Below, piece by piece: positions 51,599 to 64,000 of a stretch of DNA of 64,000 nucleotides. Under the pieces are notes generated by a model. That model was given only the letters and a program-made list of their open reading frames with translations. It was not told the origin of the DNA and did no database searches. A program made the position numbers and the translations under genes. This DNA is from Lytechinus pictus. Its lineage: Eukaryota. Position 1 is the first letter of the stretch; the number at the start of each line of letters is the position of its first letter. Location: NCBI RefSeq assembly GCF_037042905.1, contig NC_087249.1:10418001-10482000 (forward strand), written 5' to 3'.

Positions 51599-54500
51599 AA
51601 GATAAAATTTTGACTCCAAAATCATATGAAATTATTCATGAAATATCACTAATCTAACGTATCTAATCGTGAAATTCATTTCAACGTTTGAAAACATAAA
51701 ATTGAACTCCCTGTATACAGCCTCCCACCCAAAAAGGGAAAAGAGAATTAATCAATTAAAAAAATCAAAGCTTACAAAAATGAATATATGGATAAAATCG
51801 ACTTTTTGGATTTTGAAATCAATATATTCAATCCAAACTTGAAAGTGCATCCATATTGGTACGGCTATGCAAGGTCCCTGGTTTAGTATGCTTGGTTTCA
51901 CTAAAATATACGACTGCTTCTCTTCAAAGAAGACGGAAAACTCGATAATTTAATTTCCTATTTAGCTTTTCAAATCCCCTCTTCCCATCGTGCCGAGATT
52001 TAATTAGATACGAGTGAAAATCGACAAGTAGCAAGTGGCAAACATCATAAATGAGAATTTGAACTTTAATACAATTATACAGTTATAGAAATGACGTTCA
52101 AGACTTTCAAGTGCTACTTTGTAAGTGGAAAAATTATTTGCACGGAGCGAAAAACATGCATTTTTGGTCCCTCACTGATACACGTGACGCTCACATGTAT
52201 TATAATGCGTACAGTCAAAATCATGTTAAATTTGAATTCATTCTTCTCCATGGACAAAATAATACATTAGTTTAAAATGAAAAAGGGAGAAAGGAACATC
52301 GGCGTACTTGTTTTTTAAGGGATGTGTAATATGAAATTGAAATCGTAGGTCATGTCTAATGGTGTTTGCATTCAGTTCCGGTGTGTGTATTTAAGGTTTA
52401 TGAAATTAATTTCCTTTTGATATTGAGGTTATTTCTGTTTCAAAGAAATAATGCAAGGAGTATCGGTTGTGGCAGAGTGGGATAAACATAAAGAAGAAAA
52501 AAACCCTCTCTCTATATATCGATTTTTGTTTTCGTTTGCATTTGAAGATTTACTTTGGAACTTTGGAGATGCTAAATTGTTGAGTTGAAAGTGAGTAACA
52601 TGAAATATTATTTGAAATGCCCCCCCCCCAAAAAAAATATTTCGTTTACAAAATTTCGTAAACCAGCATTACCATCTTATACGTTATGTGTAATATGTAT
52701 AAATCACTAACAGACTACGTGACGTCGTATCACTCAGTTAATTACGCGCTATATGTGGAAGCGAGGATAATTATTACCATTGCTATTTTTCCTGAAGTGA
52801 TGAAAACGGACTCGATACCATTTTGGAATTAAACTCTTGACACCGTCTCTTTCATTTCTTGAAGAGACGTTGATGGCAGAGTGACACGACGTTAAATATA
52901 AGTTATTTTACTTTTCAAATATGATCCAAACAACTTTCCTCCATTTTTTCAGTTAATGTCTCTATTTAGGATTCCATTAGCAAGTTTGCGTAGAGATTCA
53001 GGCACGACACTTACTCTATGTGTCCTTACAATGCGTATTCACAATTCAATAATTAATGATTCTTGCTATTCATCATGAAATGATCGGCACCATCCACAGA
53101 CGATATAAAAATTGGTGTCACCATTTTCTATGAGAAGACTCAATCAGAGGACGATTTTTTTTTCTTGTTAAAATATCATCATGGAAAGTTGAAGTTGAAT
53201 GAAGTTCAATTTACTTTCATGCATTCATATTTCGTATTCAAAAATTATTCATAAACATAAATATGCATTTGTATAATATGTAATAAGGGATACAACAAGA
53301 CTAATTGAAAATCTCAGTGATGCTCGATGAACAGTAACAAACATTATGAGAACTACTTAAAAAAATTACTTATTTAGTTTATGGTGCACATTTCTTTGGC
53401 AATTATTGGATGAACGAAATGTCACAAGACATGTAGCATTCTCCAGCAGAATTAATTAAAACATTTTCTGTTGTCATTTATAATGGTTCATCATTGTGTG
53501 TCTCATAGACCTATTACTTTTCTTTCATAGCTCATTTCTCGTGAAGATTCGATTATTTTGTTTGTATTTCTCCATTCCTGACTCCTTGGAATGTGTGGGA
53601 AAATTTCAGACCTCATTCGGAGCAAATTTTTGATCCTCTATCTTTCATTCTCTGTCTCTTGATGTCTCTGCATATGCGGGTCTCTGTCCCTGTGTGCCCC
53701 TCCGCCCACAGTGCATGGTCCCACACATCCTCACGCACGAACTCACTCACAACCATCCACGCACACACACACACACACCCACCCTTATGTGGAAAAACAC
53801 CTCACTCACTGGTCCTTCTCCTCCTTGTTTCTTTATCATAGCAGTTCTACTCTTCCCCTCTCTCCCCTTCTGTCTGTTACTCTCTCTCTCTCTTTCTTTT
53901 TATTTCTTTATTTCTCTCTCTCTCTGTCAATCGTCCACCCTTCTTCTCCCTCTCTCTCCCATGTCATTTAATTTTATTCCCTCACCATTTTCCATGTTTC
54001 TTTAATGATTTTGTTCTCGTTCTTTCAGCCTGTTTTACTCTAACAATATGTCACCTTCTCCTTTCCTTCCGTTACCCGCCACCCTCTCCCTCTAACTCTC
54101 CCATCGCATATCAAAAGTTCGTTGAGCCGGACCAAAGTGCTTCTCCGTCTTCTCATACAGCACCATGATAGCCCCGTGCACAATGGGGCGCGCTCCAATC
54201 AATAGCAATAGAATTTCTTGCTACTTCAATCGATGCGAATACTCCACTTGCCTTCGCGTAATTTCGTTAGATCCATTCAGAAGAAGGCCCAGAAGAAGGC
54301 GAGAAATTCAATTAGTCGACGATGCAACCAAAAATATATATGGCACATGCAGGTCAGGCGCGGATCCAAGATTTTGTGGGGAGGGGGGCCCAAATTTGAC
54401 CTGATTTTTGGCGCCCATGTGTACTTTTCGAAATATGGCGCCCCTCCCTCCCGGCCAGGCTAACTTAAATGTAACTTATATGCCTTGAATGTATTTTGAA

Positions 54501-56067
54501 TTATCTTATTACATAATCACATTTTAAAAAAGGCAATTAAAGACCACTTTTTAAATGTGTTCTTGAAAAAAAAATCCATGAATATATGTAATATCAATGG
54601 GAGCGCGAAGCGCGAGCGATTTTTTGGGGTCTCAATTTGGTTTAACTTCTCATTAGAGTAGGCCCTACTAGAATATTGTGTGAACGGGAGCTGTAGTTTC
54701 TTTACCATTTGTTTAGAATAGGCTTCAATAATATCAATGATAACCTCTTGGGAATAATGCAATCTAGAAACAATCGACTCAATCTCCTCATCACTGGCGA
54801 AGCTGTGATTTATTCAGCTGGGTTGCACGGGGGGGGGGGGGGCTTGTTGAACTTTTGTAGAGGGCACCAAGATAAAAAATAAAATGGGGGGGGTAAAAGT
54901 TAAAGAAATTCCGAAATTTTATTCTTAAAAACACATTGAGGTATCTCACAAGGCCTAAATAACTAATGATAACGCGAAGCGCAATATATTTGACATAATA
55001 TTTGGATAATAATATTATATTTCACCATAATCCCTTTCCTTTTTTTTTTTCTTGGTCGTGATTTTTTTTTGGGGGGAGGGGGGCACACGCCCATGTCCTA
55101 AGAGTCATTTCCTAGCTTTACTTTATAAACAACAATAATGTGCAATGTTTGTGAACCTGAACAAGATGCGTATGTAACTAGATAATTACTACGAGCGCGA
55201 AGCACGAGCAGAAATTTTTAATGTGCGTTCTGGCGTGGTCGAAAAGGGACCTGTTAAGGAAATGTTTTGCAGTTAGCCATTAATACCATACATATTTCAA
55301 CGATTAAATAATGCGAGCGCGAAGCGTGAGCTGAACATTTTTGATATTCCAACCTAAAAAATAGATTTCAAACCCCCAACGGGACACTCGATTCTTGTTT
55401 TGTCACTCATGAAAAATGATGGGTAGTTTTTAGTATCTTCCTACATTAATAATGCGAGCGCAAAGCGCGAGCAGAAAATTTTTGATATTCTGATCTGAAA
55501 CTGGATAATTTTTGCACGTTTTGAATAAGATCAAGATGCGTATCTCAATAAACATGCGTGCACGTGTTTTAGAGTTTGACAGAATCTGGGCATTATGAAT
55601 ACATTTCGTTTTTCATGGTGAAATTCCGATATGAAATGGGTCAATTTAAGCAATATTTAAAGCACTGTGTATATAGGGGAATTGTGAAGTGGAAAGCACT
55701 TAATAAATGATATTTTATTATTATTTTAAACTAGGATCGAGACATTTTAGGCCTAAGGACATTTTGTCATTATATATAAATATTCCTCTTCCTAAAACTT
55801 GTCGATATTTTTTTCTGAAAAAGGGACAATTTAGTTATGAATTCATAAAAAAATTTATTTCATGTTTATTAATCTAATAAGCCTAATGAGTGCGTGAAAT
55901 TTTTTGACAGTGCATGAGGTCTGAAAAACTGGATATTTTATATTTTTTGTAATCATGAACAGGATTCATGGGATGATAGATTTATAGCAAATAATGCGAG
56001 CGCAAATCGCGATCCGAAATTTTTAAATGGGGGAAATTCAAGTAGTTTGTTATAAAATATATAGGTA

Positions 56068-57218
56068 CAGTGGCGTACCGTGGGTCACGGCATTAGGGGG
56101 GGGCACCACCACAAATTTGGTGTCACTTAGGGAGCGCGCTCAGTTGCCAGGTATACTGACCTAATAGATAAATTTTAAGGACATGCAATGCCATTAAACG
56201 GATAAGTATCTCACCGATTAGATAATGCGAGCGCGAAGCGCGAGCTGAAAATTTTTGATATTCAGACCTAAAAGGGACATTATAAGCACATTTTTTGTAA
56301 TCGTGATACGTACCTGTCTCGCTAAACAAACAATGCGAGCGCGAAGCGCGAGCTGAAATTTTTGTATATATTGACCCCAAACAGGGACATTTTAAGGACT
56401 ATATTTTAGGATTCATTAAGAGTATAAATATCTCAGCATAGTCATCTAATGATAGTTCCAACCTTTGCTGATTTTGTTAGAATTACATCTAAACATATAA
56501 AGCACTTTTTGTAGTCATTGTAATCATGATTATCATAAGCATCGCACTAATCAAATACTGCGAACGCGAAGCGCGAGCTGAAAATTTATGAAATTCAGCC
56601 CTGAAGCGGGGCATTCTAAGGCTTGTTTGTAGGAATTCACTAAGTCCTTACGTATTTCACTAACCAAATGATGCGAGCGCGAAGCGCGAGCTGAAAATAT
56701 TTGATATTCAGAGAAGAAAAGTTGACATTTTAAGGACTGATTTTAGGAATTCATGAAGAGCAGACATCTCCCCGTCAACTAATGCGAACGTTAGCACGGA
56801 CAGAAATGTTTTATATTAAGACCTTAAAATTGGGCAATCACTTTAAGTAGTCATGAAAAAGAAGCAAATGTCACTACATAAAACAAAAATAACTCGAATT
56901 GCGAGGAAATATATTTGGTGTATATTGATTTGAAAACGGGACGTTTTAGTACAACAGGATTATACATCTCGTTTAAACAGTCTATGCGAGCACCAGGAAC
57001 AATGAAGACATAGGCCCTGAGCAAACTGTTTCATAAAGTCATGAAAAAAAAATGCTTCTTATGTAACATAATTATGATATAATATAACATTATAATAAAC
57101 AATAATTTATTCTTTCCCCATTACGTTTCTCATCCTTTCTCCCTCTTTTTCTCCTTTTCCCCGTTTTTTTTAGGGGGGGGTGCACGTGCCCCCCATGCCC
57201 CCCGTAGTTACGCCACTG
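56068..57218 (+). mobile_element. Nested hAT-like non-autonomous element
   Basis: CAGTGGCGTA...TACGCCACTG; TSD tataggta / tatatgta. Confidence 0.8.
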
Positions 57219-58310
57219 TATATGTATGCAGAACTCACCAATCAAAATGCGAGCGCACAGCGCTAGCTCATAGGCCTTCATTTTTTACAATCGAGACACC
57301 TGAAAAGGAATATTTTGAGAATCTTATATGAAATACACAAAGATAATAGGTAGGCCTACAACATTTTAAAATTTCGCTTAATTTCACAAACCAGTTATAT
57401 TCACATCCTTGTCGGTATGCAAATGAGGAGACTGATGACATCACTCACTCACTACTTCTTTTTGTATTTTAGTATATGAAATATTCAATTTTTCTCCGTT
57501 GTTGTGTGAAACAACGATTAATTCCTCCCTGAACATGAGCAATTAGCATTGTTTGATACTAAATGGTTCAATCAAGTTGGTCCGTATTGTAAAATCTGTA
57601 AAAAATGAAATAATGTATAATTCTAACAATAAAAAACAAAGGAATTAGTGAGCGAGGGACATCATCGACTGTCTCATTTGCATGTCACTGAGTTGTGCAT
57701 ATCACTGTTTTGTGAAAAATAAGCAAAATTTTAAGATGTCATAATTTTCTTATTTTACATCCGATTTTGATGAAATATTCAGCATAATGCTTGTTTGATT
57801 TTTCTCTATTTATTCAAATCAACATTTTTTGGGGGGTGGACTTGTCCTTTAAGAATAGAATGCGAGCGCAAAGCGCTAGCTGAAAACTTTTTTAATGATG
57901 AAATGAAAAGGACATTTTCAGTTGTTAGATTAGAATATAAGATATTTTCAGCTTGTGCTTCTCGTTCGCATAAAAAAAACTGTGAGGTCGTGATGCGAAT
58001 ATAACTAAACAGTGATGCGAGCGCGAGCTCAATTTTTTATATACTGACTTAAGAAGGACTCTTTTAAGGTATCATTCCTATTCTAAAAGTTTTTCCTTTT
58101 TCTCTTCGTCTTTTTTTCTTTTTCTTTCCTTTTTTTGCGCCACAATGGGGGGGGGGGCAAAACTTTGCCCCCTGGATCGGCCTTTGTATATTGACTTAAA
58201 AAACACTAATACTTTAAGGACTTATGTACGTGTGATCGATGGAGAGGATACACACCTCACTAATTAAATATTGCGAGCGCGTAGCGCCAGCTGAATTTGA
58301 TATTAACCCC

Positions 58311-59608
58311 TTTTATGTATTTATTTGAATTTATTTATACAGGATAAAAACATGATTAGCACAGCTGTTTTACATCATGGTCCTGATACAACAGGTTAAA
58401 AAATTGAAAATATATATATATATATAAATTCATCAAATAGATTAAAAATAACAAATACAATTTAACAAAGTAACTAGGGAATTCATAATATAAAATTACA
58501 AAATATAATATAGTAATCTAAGAGAATTAAAAGTTAAAACAAAGTATATATCAATAATTCACTAAAAAGAATATGTAGAGATGAGACAAAAATAATATTA
58601 AGGAGGTAAGGTAACAACTGATTAAAGAATAAAAGTGACATTAGTTAAAAAAGCTAGCTTTATAAACACGTTTAAAAGATTGCAGGGATTGGATATTTTG
58701 CGTTGATGTTGGCAAAGAATTCCAGACTTTTATAGCAGCATATTTGGATGAGAGTTTAAAAATGTCCTTATTAGGTTTTGGCAAGACTGCGTTTAGGGAG
58801 TTATGATTTCTAGTATTGATACCATGTCTGTCAAAATACATTTCAATTTCATTACACAACCTAGAAGGTGCAAGCCCATAAATGCATTGATATGCTAATA
58901 TACAAAGAAAATAGTCACGTTTTTTTTCAAAAGGCTGCCACTTTAATTCCTTGAATAGATCGGCGCTACTTACAGAAAAATTGAATTGTTTGGTAATAAT
59001 CCGGGCTGCTCTTTTTTTAAGTTTATGGATAAGGTTTCTGTTTTTTTCAGAGCAATTACCCCAAACTGAACAACCATAGTCAATGCATGGTTGTATATAG
59101 TAGATTTGTACAATGTATTCAACAATTGCTTATTTAGTATAGAACTTAAACGCCTCAGTGCATGTACTTTAAACGATAATGATCTGCAGAGTTGTTTGAC
59201 ATGATTTTCCCACAGAAGATAACAGTCAACTTCAACACCCAAATATCTAACACAGTTTACTTGTTTCAATTCAATTCCATCAAGTTTAACTCTAAGCTCT
59301 CCTCTACTTCTTGATTTACGCGAAGAGATTAGCATGGCATTAGTCTTGAAGTATTTATTTGAAGACGGTTTTCAGTATACCAGGCGTTGATACTATTTAT
59401 ACAATTTTGTAAATTTTCTTCAATCTTGTTTAGTGATGGATCAGTACAATAAATAATAACGTCATCAGCAAATATGTTACAAGCATTGGCGGCGGAAGCC
59501 AAAACTTTTAGGGGGGACCACAAAAAAAATTTGACAAGCAAGAAAAAAAAAAAAAAGTTTATCAACCAAAAAATTTAGGGGGACGCAGGAAAAAAATATT
59601 GACAAGCA

Positions 59609-59643
<35 letters not shown>

Positions 59644-60345
59644 TTATCAACAAAAAATTTAGGGGGGACCGTCCCCCCCGCTTCCGCCGCCTATGGTTAC
59701 AAGTCCCCTTAGAAACATTTTGGACTATGTCATTGATAAAAATAAGAAAAAGATCAGGGCCAATGACTCCCCCTTGTGGAATTCCAATATCAAGATCAAT
59801 CGGTTGAGATTGAAGACCATGACATCGGACAGATTGTCTTCTGTTAGATAAATAACTTTTGAACCATTTGAATTCAACATCAATAATACCATATTTCTTT
59901 AATTTAAACAATAATAATTCATGGTTTATACTGTCGAAACATTTTGATATATCAAGGAAACATGCCTCAACCATATCATGATTATTCAATGCATCGTACC
60001 AATCATCGATGACGCGATGGAGGCATGTTACCGTAGAATGTGATTTCAAAAACGCAGATTGGTCAATAGAGATAAGTTCATTTGAGATTAAATACTGGTG
60101 CAAATTCAATTGGATTATTTTTTCTATTAACTTAGCTATATGACACACGACAGATATTGGTCTGTAATTGGAACACGCATCTTTGGGTCCTTTACCTTTA
60201 TAGATGGGAGTAACTCTTGAGTATTTCCATTCATCAAAAACGATCCCGTTTCTGAGCGAATAATTAAAGACAGATGTCAAGGGTGTTTGTATGAGTGGCG
60301 CAGCTATCCGAAGTAATTTCGAATCAAAACCCAGAATATCAAGGT
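58311..60345 (-). mobile_element. 5'-truncated, frameshifted CR1/L2-type LINE (RT pseudogene)
   Basis: ORFs 59477..60388, 59329..59565, 58970..59335 and 58641..58859 give NYRPIS, FLDISKCFDSINH, GIPQG, FADD, YLGV and WNSLP; AT-rich tail at ~58311-58340. Confidence 0.92.
59484..59695. mobile_element. hAT-like MITE inserted in the LINE RT
   Basis: TIR CAT(T/A)GGCGGCGGAAGC; perfect 8-bp TSD GTTACAAG. Confidence 0.9.
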
Positions 60346-60519
60346 TACTGAACCTGACCCTGAACAGGATACCTATCTCGCCAAACAAACTTCAAACTCG
60401 AGCACATTGATTTTTGTCTATTATCGTAAAAACGGGATATTTTAATTCAGCCGCATTAATTTAACCTTTTTGGGCAGGAAATAAATTTCACTATAAACAG
60501 GCAATACGAGCGATGTTGC

Positions 60520-61775
60520 GCCCCCGGTCGAACATGAATTTGCATGGAGCCAATTTGGCGCCCTCGGTTGAACATGAATTTGGCGCCATGTGAAATATCA
60601 CTTTGCCCTCCCCCTTCTGAAATATGTATTTGTCGCCTTATGGTCAAACATCAAATTAGCGCTCCCCTAGTTTGAACATCAATTTGGCGCCCCGCTAGTT
60701 TGAACATCAATTCGGCGCTTCCCTAGTTCGAACATCAATTTGGCGCCCCTCCCACCCAGTTCAAACATCAATTTGGCGCCCCCATCTAGTTCGAAAATTA
60801 ATTCGCCCCCTCCCCCTTGTTCAAACATCAATTCGGCGCCCCATAGTTCGAACGTCATTTTGGCACCCCAAGTTCAAATAGCAATTCGGCGCCCCCTAGT
60901 TCGAACATCAAATTGGCGCCCCTAGTTCGAACATTCAATCGGCGCCCCCCGATTTCGAACATAAATTTTGCGCCCCTACGTCGGACATCAATTCGGCGCA
61001 CCCCCCCCCCCCTACGTCGAACATCTATTTGGCCTCCCTAGGTCGAACATCAATTTTGGGCCCCCAGTTTAACATCAAATTGGCGCCCCTAGTTCGAATA
61101 TCAATTCGGCGCCCCCTAGTTCAAACATCAATGTGGTGCCCCTAGTTCGAACATCAATTCGGCGCCCCCCCCCCTAGTTCGAGTATCAATTCGGCGCCCC
61201 TACATGTAGGTCGATCATCAATTCGCCCCCCCCCCCCCCGTTCGAACATCAATTCGACCCCCATCGATCAGTTCGAACATCATTTTGGCATCCCTTCGAA
61301 CTCAATTTGGCTTCCCTAGTTCGAAAATCATTTCGCCCCTCTAGCTCGAGTATCAATTTGGCGCCCCCCTAGTTCGAACATCAATTCTGCGCCCCCCTAG
61401 TTTGAGTATCAGTTTGGTGCCCCCCTAGCTCGAACATCGATTCGCCCCCCCCCCTAGTTCGAGTATCAATTTGTCGCCCCCAGTTCGAACATCATTTTAA
61501 CATCTCTTCGAACATCATTTTGGCGTCGTCCTAGATCAAATATCAATTCGGCGCCCCTACATGTAGGTCCAACATCAATTTGGCGCCCCTAGTTCGAATA
61601 TCATTTCGCCCCCCCCCCCTAGCTCGAGTATCAATTTGGCGCCCCCTAGTTCCAACATCAATTTGGCGCCCCTACGTCAAACATCAATTCGCCCCCCCCC
61701 CCTGTTCGAACATCAATTCGGCCCCCAGTTCGAACATCATTTTGACATTCCTTCGAACATCATTTCGGCGCCCTT
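60520..61775. repeat. Minisatellite, ~30-bp unit (CTAGTTCGAACATCAATTYGGCGCCCC), roughly 40 diverged copies
   Basis: Head-to-tail units with variable C-run length and no unique spacers. Confidence 0.9.
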
Positions 61776-61787
61776 TTGGTTAAAACA

Positions 61788-62586
61788 TCTTTTCTTTCCT
61801 CTTTTTTTCTTCTCGTCCTTCCCCCTCTTCCTTTCCCCTTTTCTTCTTTTCTTTCCCCCTTTCTCTCTCTTTTTTCTTCTTTTCTTTCTTCCCTCTTTCT
61901 CCTTTTTTCTCCTTTTCCTTTTCCCCTCTTCCTCTCTCTCCCCCCCTCTTCTTTCCCCGCTTCCTCTTTTTTCTTCCCCCTCCCCCTCCCTTTTATTCTC
62001 TTCCTTCCCCCTCTTCCTCTTTTTTCTCTTTTTTCCCTCTTCTTCTCCTTTTTTTTCTTCTTTTCTATCCCCTCTTCTTTTTTCTTTTTTTCTTTCCCCT
62101 CTCTTTTTTTCTTTTCTTCTTGCATCCCTCTTCCTCTCTCTCCTTTTCTTTTCCCCTCTTCCTCTTTTTTCTTCCCCCTCTCCCTCCCCCTCCCTTTTCT
62201 TCTCTTCCTCCGTTTTTCCTCTCTCTTTTTCTTCTCTTCCTTTCCCCTCTTCCCCTCTCTCTCTTTTTTCTCCTTTTCCTCTCTTTTTCCTTCTCTTTCT
62301 TTCCCCTTTTCCTCTCCCTTTTCCTTCCCTTCCTTCCCCCTCTTCCCTTTTTCTTCTTTTATTTCCCCCTTTCCTCTCTCTTTTTTCTCCTCTTCTTCCT
62401 TCCCCCTTTTCCTCTCTCTTTTCCCCTCTTCTTTTCCCCTTTCTTTCTCTTCTCCTCTTTCCTCCTTCTTCCTCTCTCTTTTTTTTTCTCTTTTTCCTTC
62501 CCCCCTCTCCCTCTCTCCTTTCCTCTTTTCTTTCCCCCTTTTCCTCTCTCTTTTTTCTCTTTCTTTCCCTCTTTTCTTTTTTTTTT
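61788..62586. repeat. ~800-bp almost pure polypyrimidine/polypurine tract
   Basis: Nearly exclusively C/T on the + strand. Confidence 0.95.
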
Positions 62587-64000
62587 AGCCGAAGGGGGGG
62601 GGGGCCAAGGCCCCCTCGGCCCCCCCCATGGATCCGCGCCTGGGCACATGAAATCTGGCTCTGAATGCCTTTCAACATGCCATGTTCTTGAATCACAACC
62701 CCCTGCTATTGCTCCTCTCCCTAACGCGAGAGTGAACTCGATAAAGGCGCACTGAGCAATCTATTCTCCGGTAACACAATTTCATGTTCAAATGTAACTA
62801 TTCAAACGGGGAACGGGGAGTTGATACGACTGGTGGCCTCACAAGTGTATGAAAAGCTGAGATTGTATCAGTTTAGGTTTTTTTTCCTTGTTTCCTTCCT
62901 GAGCTAGAGAAGTTTTGTATTGCCAGACGCCACGCACACACGGGTGTCGCCTTCAGTTTTTATTTCATTGCGAAGGTGAGACAGGGTAATGGCGTGCTTA
63001 TGAGATCGTTTTAAAGCATGTGAAGCAGCGAAATGTTCAATTAAAAAAGATCAGTACGTTCAGAAAAGAAAAAAAAAGATATGGCGATAGCGGGAAAACA
63101 AGATTTATTTGTAGGAATGAATGAGTCCCCATTAAAGAAAGCAAAACAAAAAAGTTTGAAGGTTGAACTATACATGTGTAGTAGTATAGACCTATAATTT
63201 TAGAAGATTTGATAAGTTATTAGTTATTTTACTTTTGGGGCTGTTATTGTTATGGTGGAGTGATAAATATTCAAAATTTGGATGAAATATGAAGGTAAGC
63301 ATTTTTAAAAGAAAACAATATATTGGAAATTTAAAGGGACGTTTGTGTCGGAGACAGTAAAACAAGAGAAAATTGAGAGAAAAATAAATATTGGAAGACC
63401 ATTGACAAATATTTGAAAAAATAGGGGTAAGTTAAATTTTCATTTGATAACCGAATTGATTTACGAATTTCTTACACACATTTCAATCTTATGAATTATA
63501 AGTAATCTATTTGCGATTCATCTTTCTGGTACTGCACGTTGGTGAGAACAATTTTCGTTATAATTTGTGAGTATACAATAATAGGTTTCCATTCTTAATG
63601 AAGGCCTACTATTTCTGTGAATCAACTAATTATATTTTCATAAGCCATTTCTTGAACAAGGTCCAGATATCATGTTAGTGTATTTATATTATTTCAATTT
63701 AATAATGACATCTTGAATAATACATGTAAGTTCCTTTTACATGGTTTGGATTTAAAGTCAATATAGTATCAATATTAAGATAATTTAAAATGTAATATTT
63801 ATTGAATAAAACATTATGATGCTTTTCAATCACCGAATAAGGAATGAACCATATATATATCATATAGATTGAAAAGATGATAATAACAATTTAGAAGTCA
63901 ATTCAAACCCATTGTTTGGATTTTTCCTCGCGTCATGCCCTATTTCCTGCTCTAATAAAATGTTCATTTGAGGACTTCCCAGCCCACCGATCAATACTAA

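Larger units (their letters stand above)
54350..62642. mobile_element. ~8.3 kb composite non-autonomous hAT-like element with nested insertions
   Basis: TIR CAGGCGCGGATCCA (54355) / TGGATCCGCGCCTG (ends 62642); GGCACATG at both 54342-54349 and 62643-62650. Confidence 0.7.

Noticed and set aside
60520..61775. CRISPR-like array of ~30-bp partly palindromic repeats
   Set aside because: Units are head-to-tail with no unique spacers, there are no cas genes, and the context is eukaryotic.
61636..62755. Long ORFs (342, 319, 270, 211 aa)
   Set aside because: Artefacts of the polypyrimidine tract, which lacks stop codons; low-complexity F/L/S/P or K/R/E/G.

Overview
Eukaryotic, AT-rich, repeat-dense genomic DNA. 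The repeat content suggests a marine invertebrate deuterostome such as a sea urchin (inference). Bases 510-34192 hold a complete 24-coding-exon SMC6 gene on the + strand; my hand-spliced exons sum to 3333 nt (1110 aa plus stop) with GT-AG introns and consistent phases. Intron 22 carries an intact, apparently young DIRS1-type tyrosine-recombinase retrotransposon (27490-32368) with gag, RT-RNaseH-methyltransferase and YR ORFs, inverted terminal repeats and an internal complementary region. It sits in the (ATT)n tail of an old L2/CR1 fragment via a 6-bp CCTATT homology, and has an in-phase U UUU UUA candidate -1 frameshift site. The last SMC6 coding exon is tandemly quadruplicated, and one copy retains an in-register AG, frame and stop. 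The rest is introns and intergenic DNA with SINEs, Helentron-like elements, Harbinger/hAT/Sola-like non-autonomous transposons, LINE fragments and tandem repeats, including an ~8.3 kb nested hAT-type composite. No second host gene could be supported. DIRS elements are a known class; the novelty here lies in locus-specific details, not a demonstrably new system.
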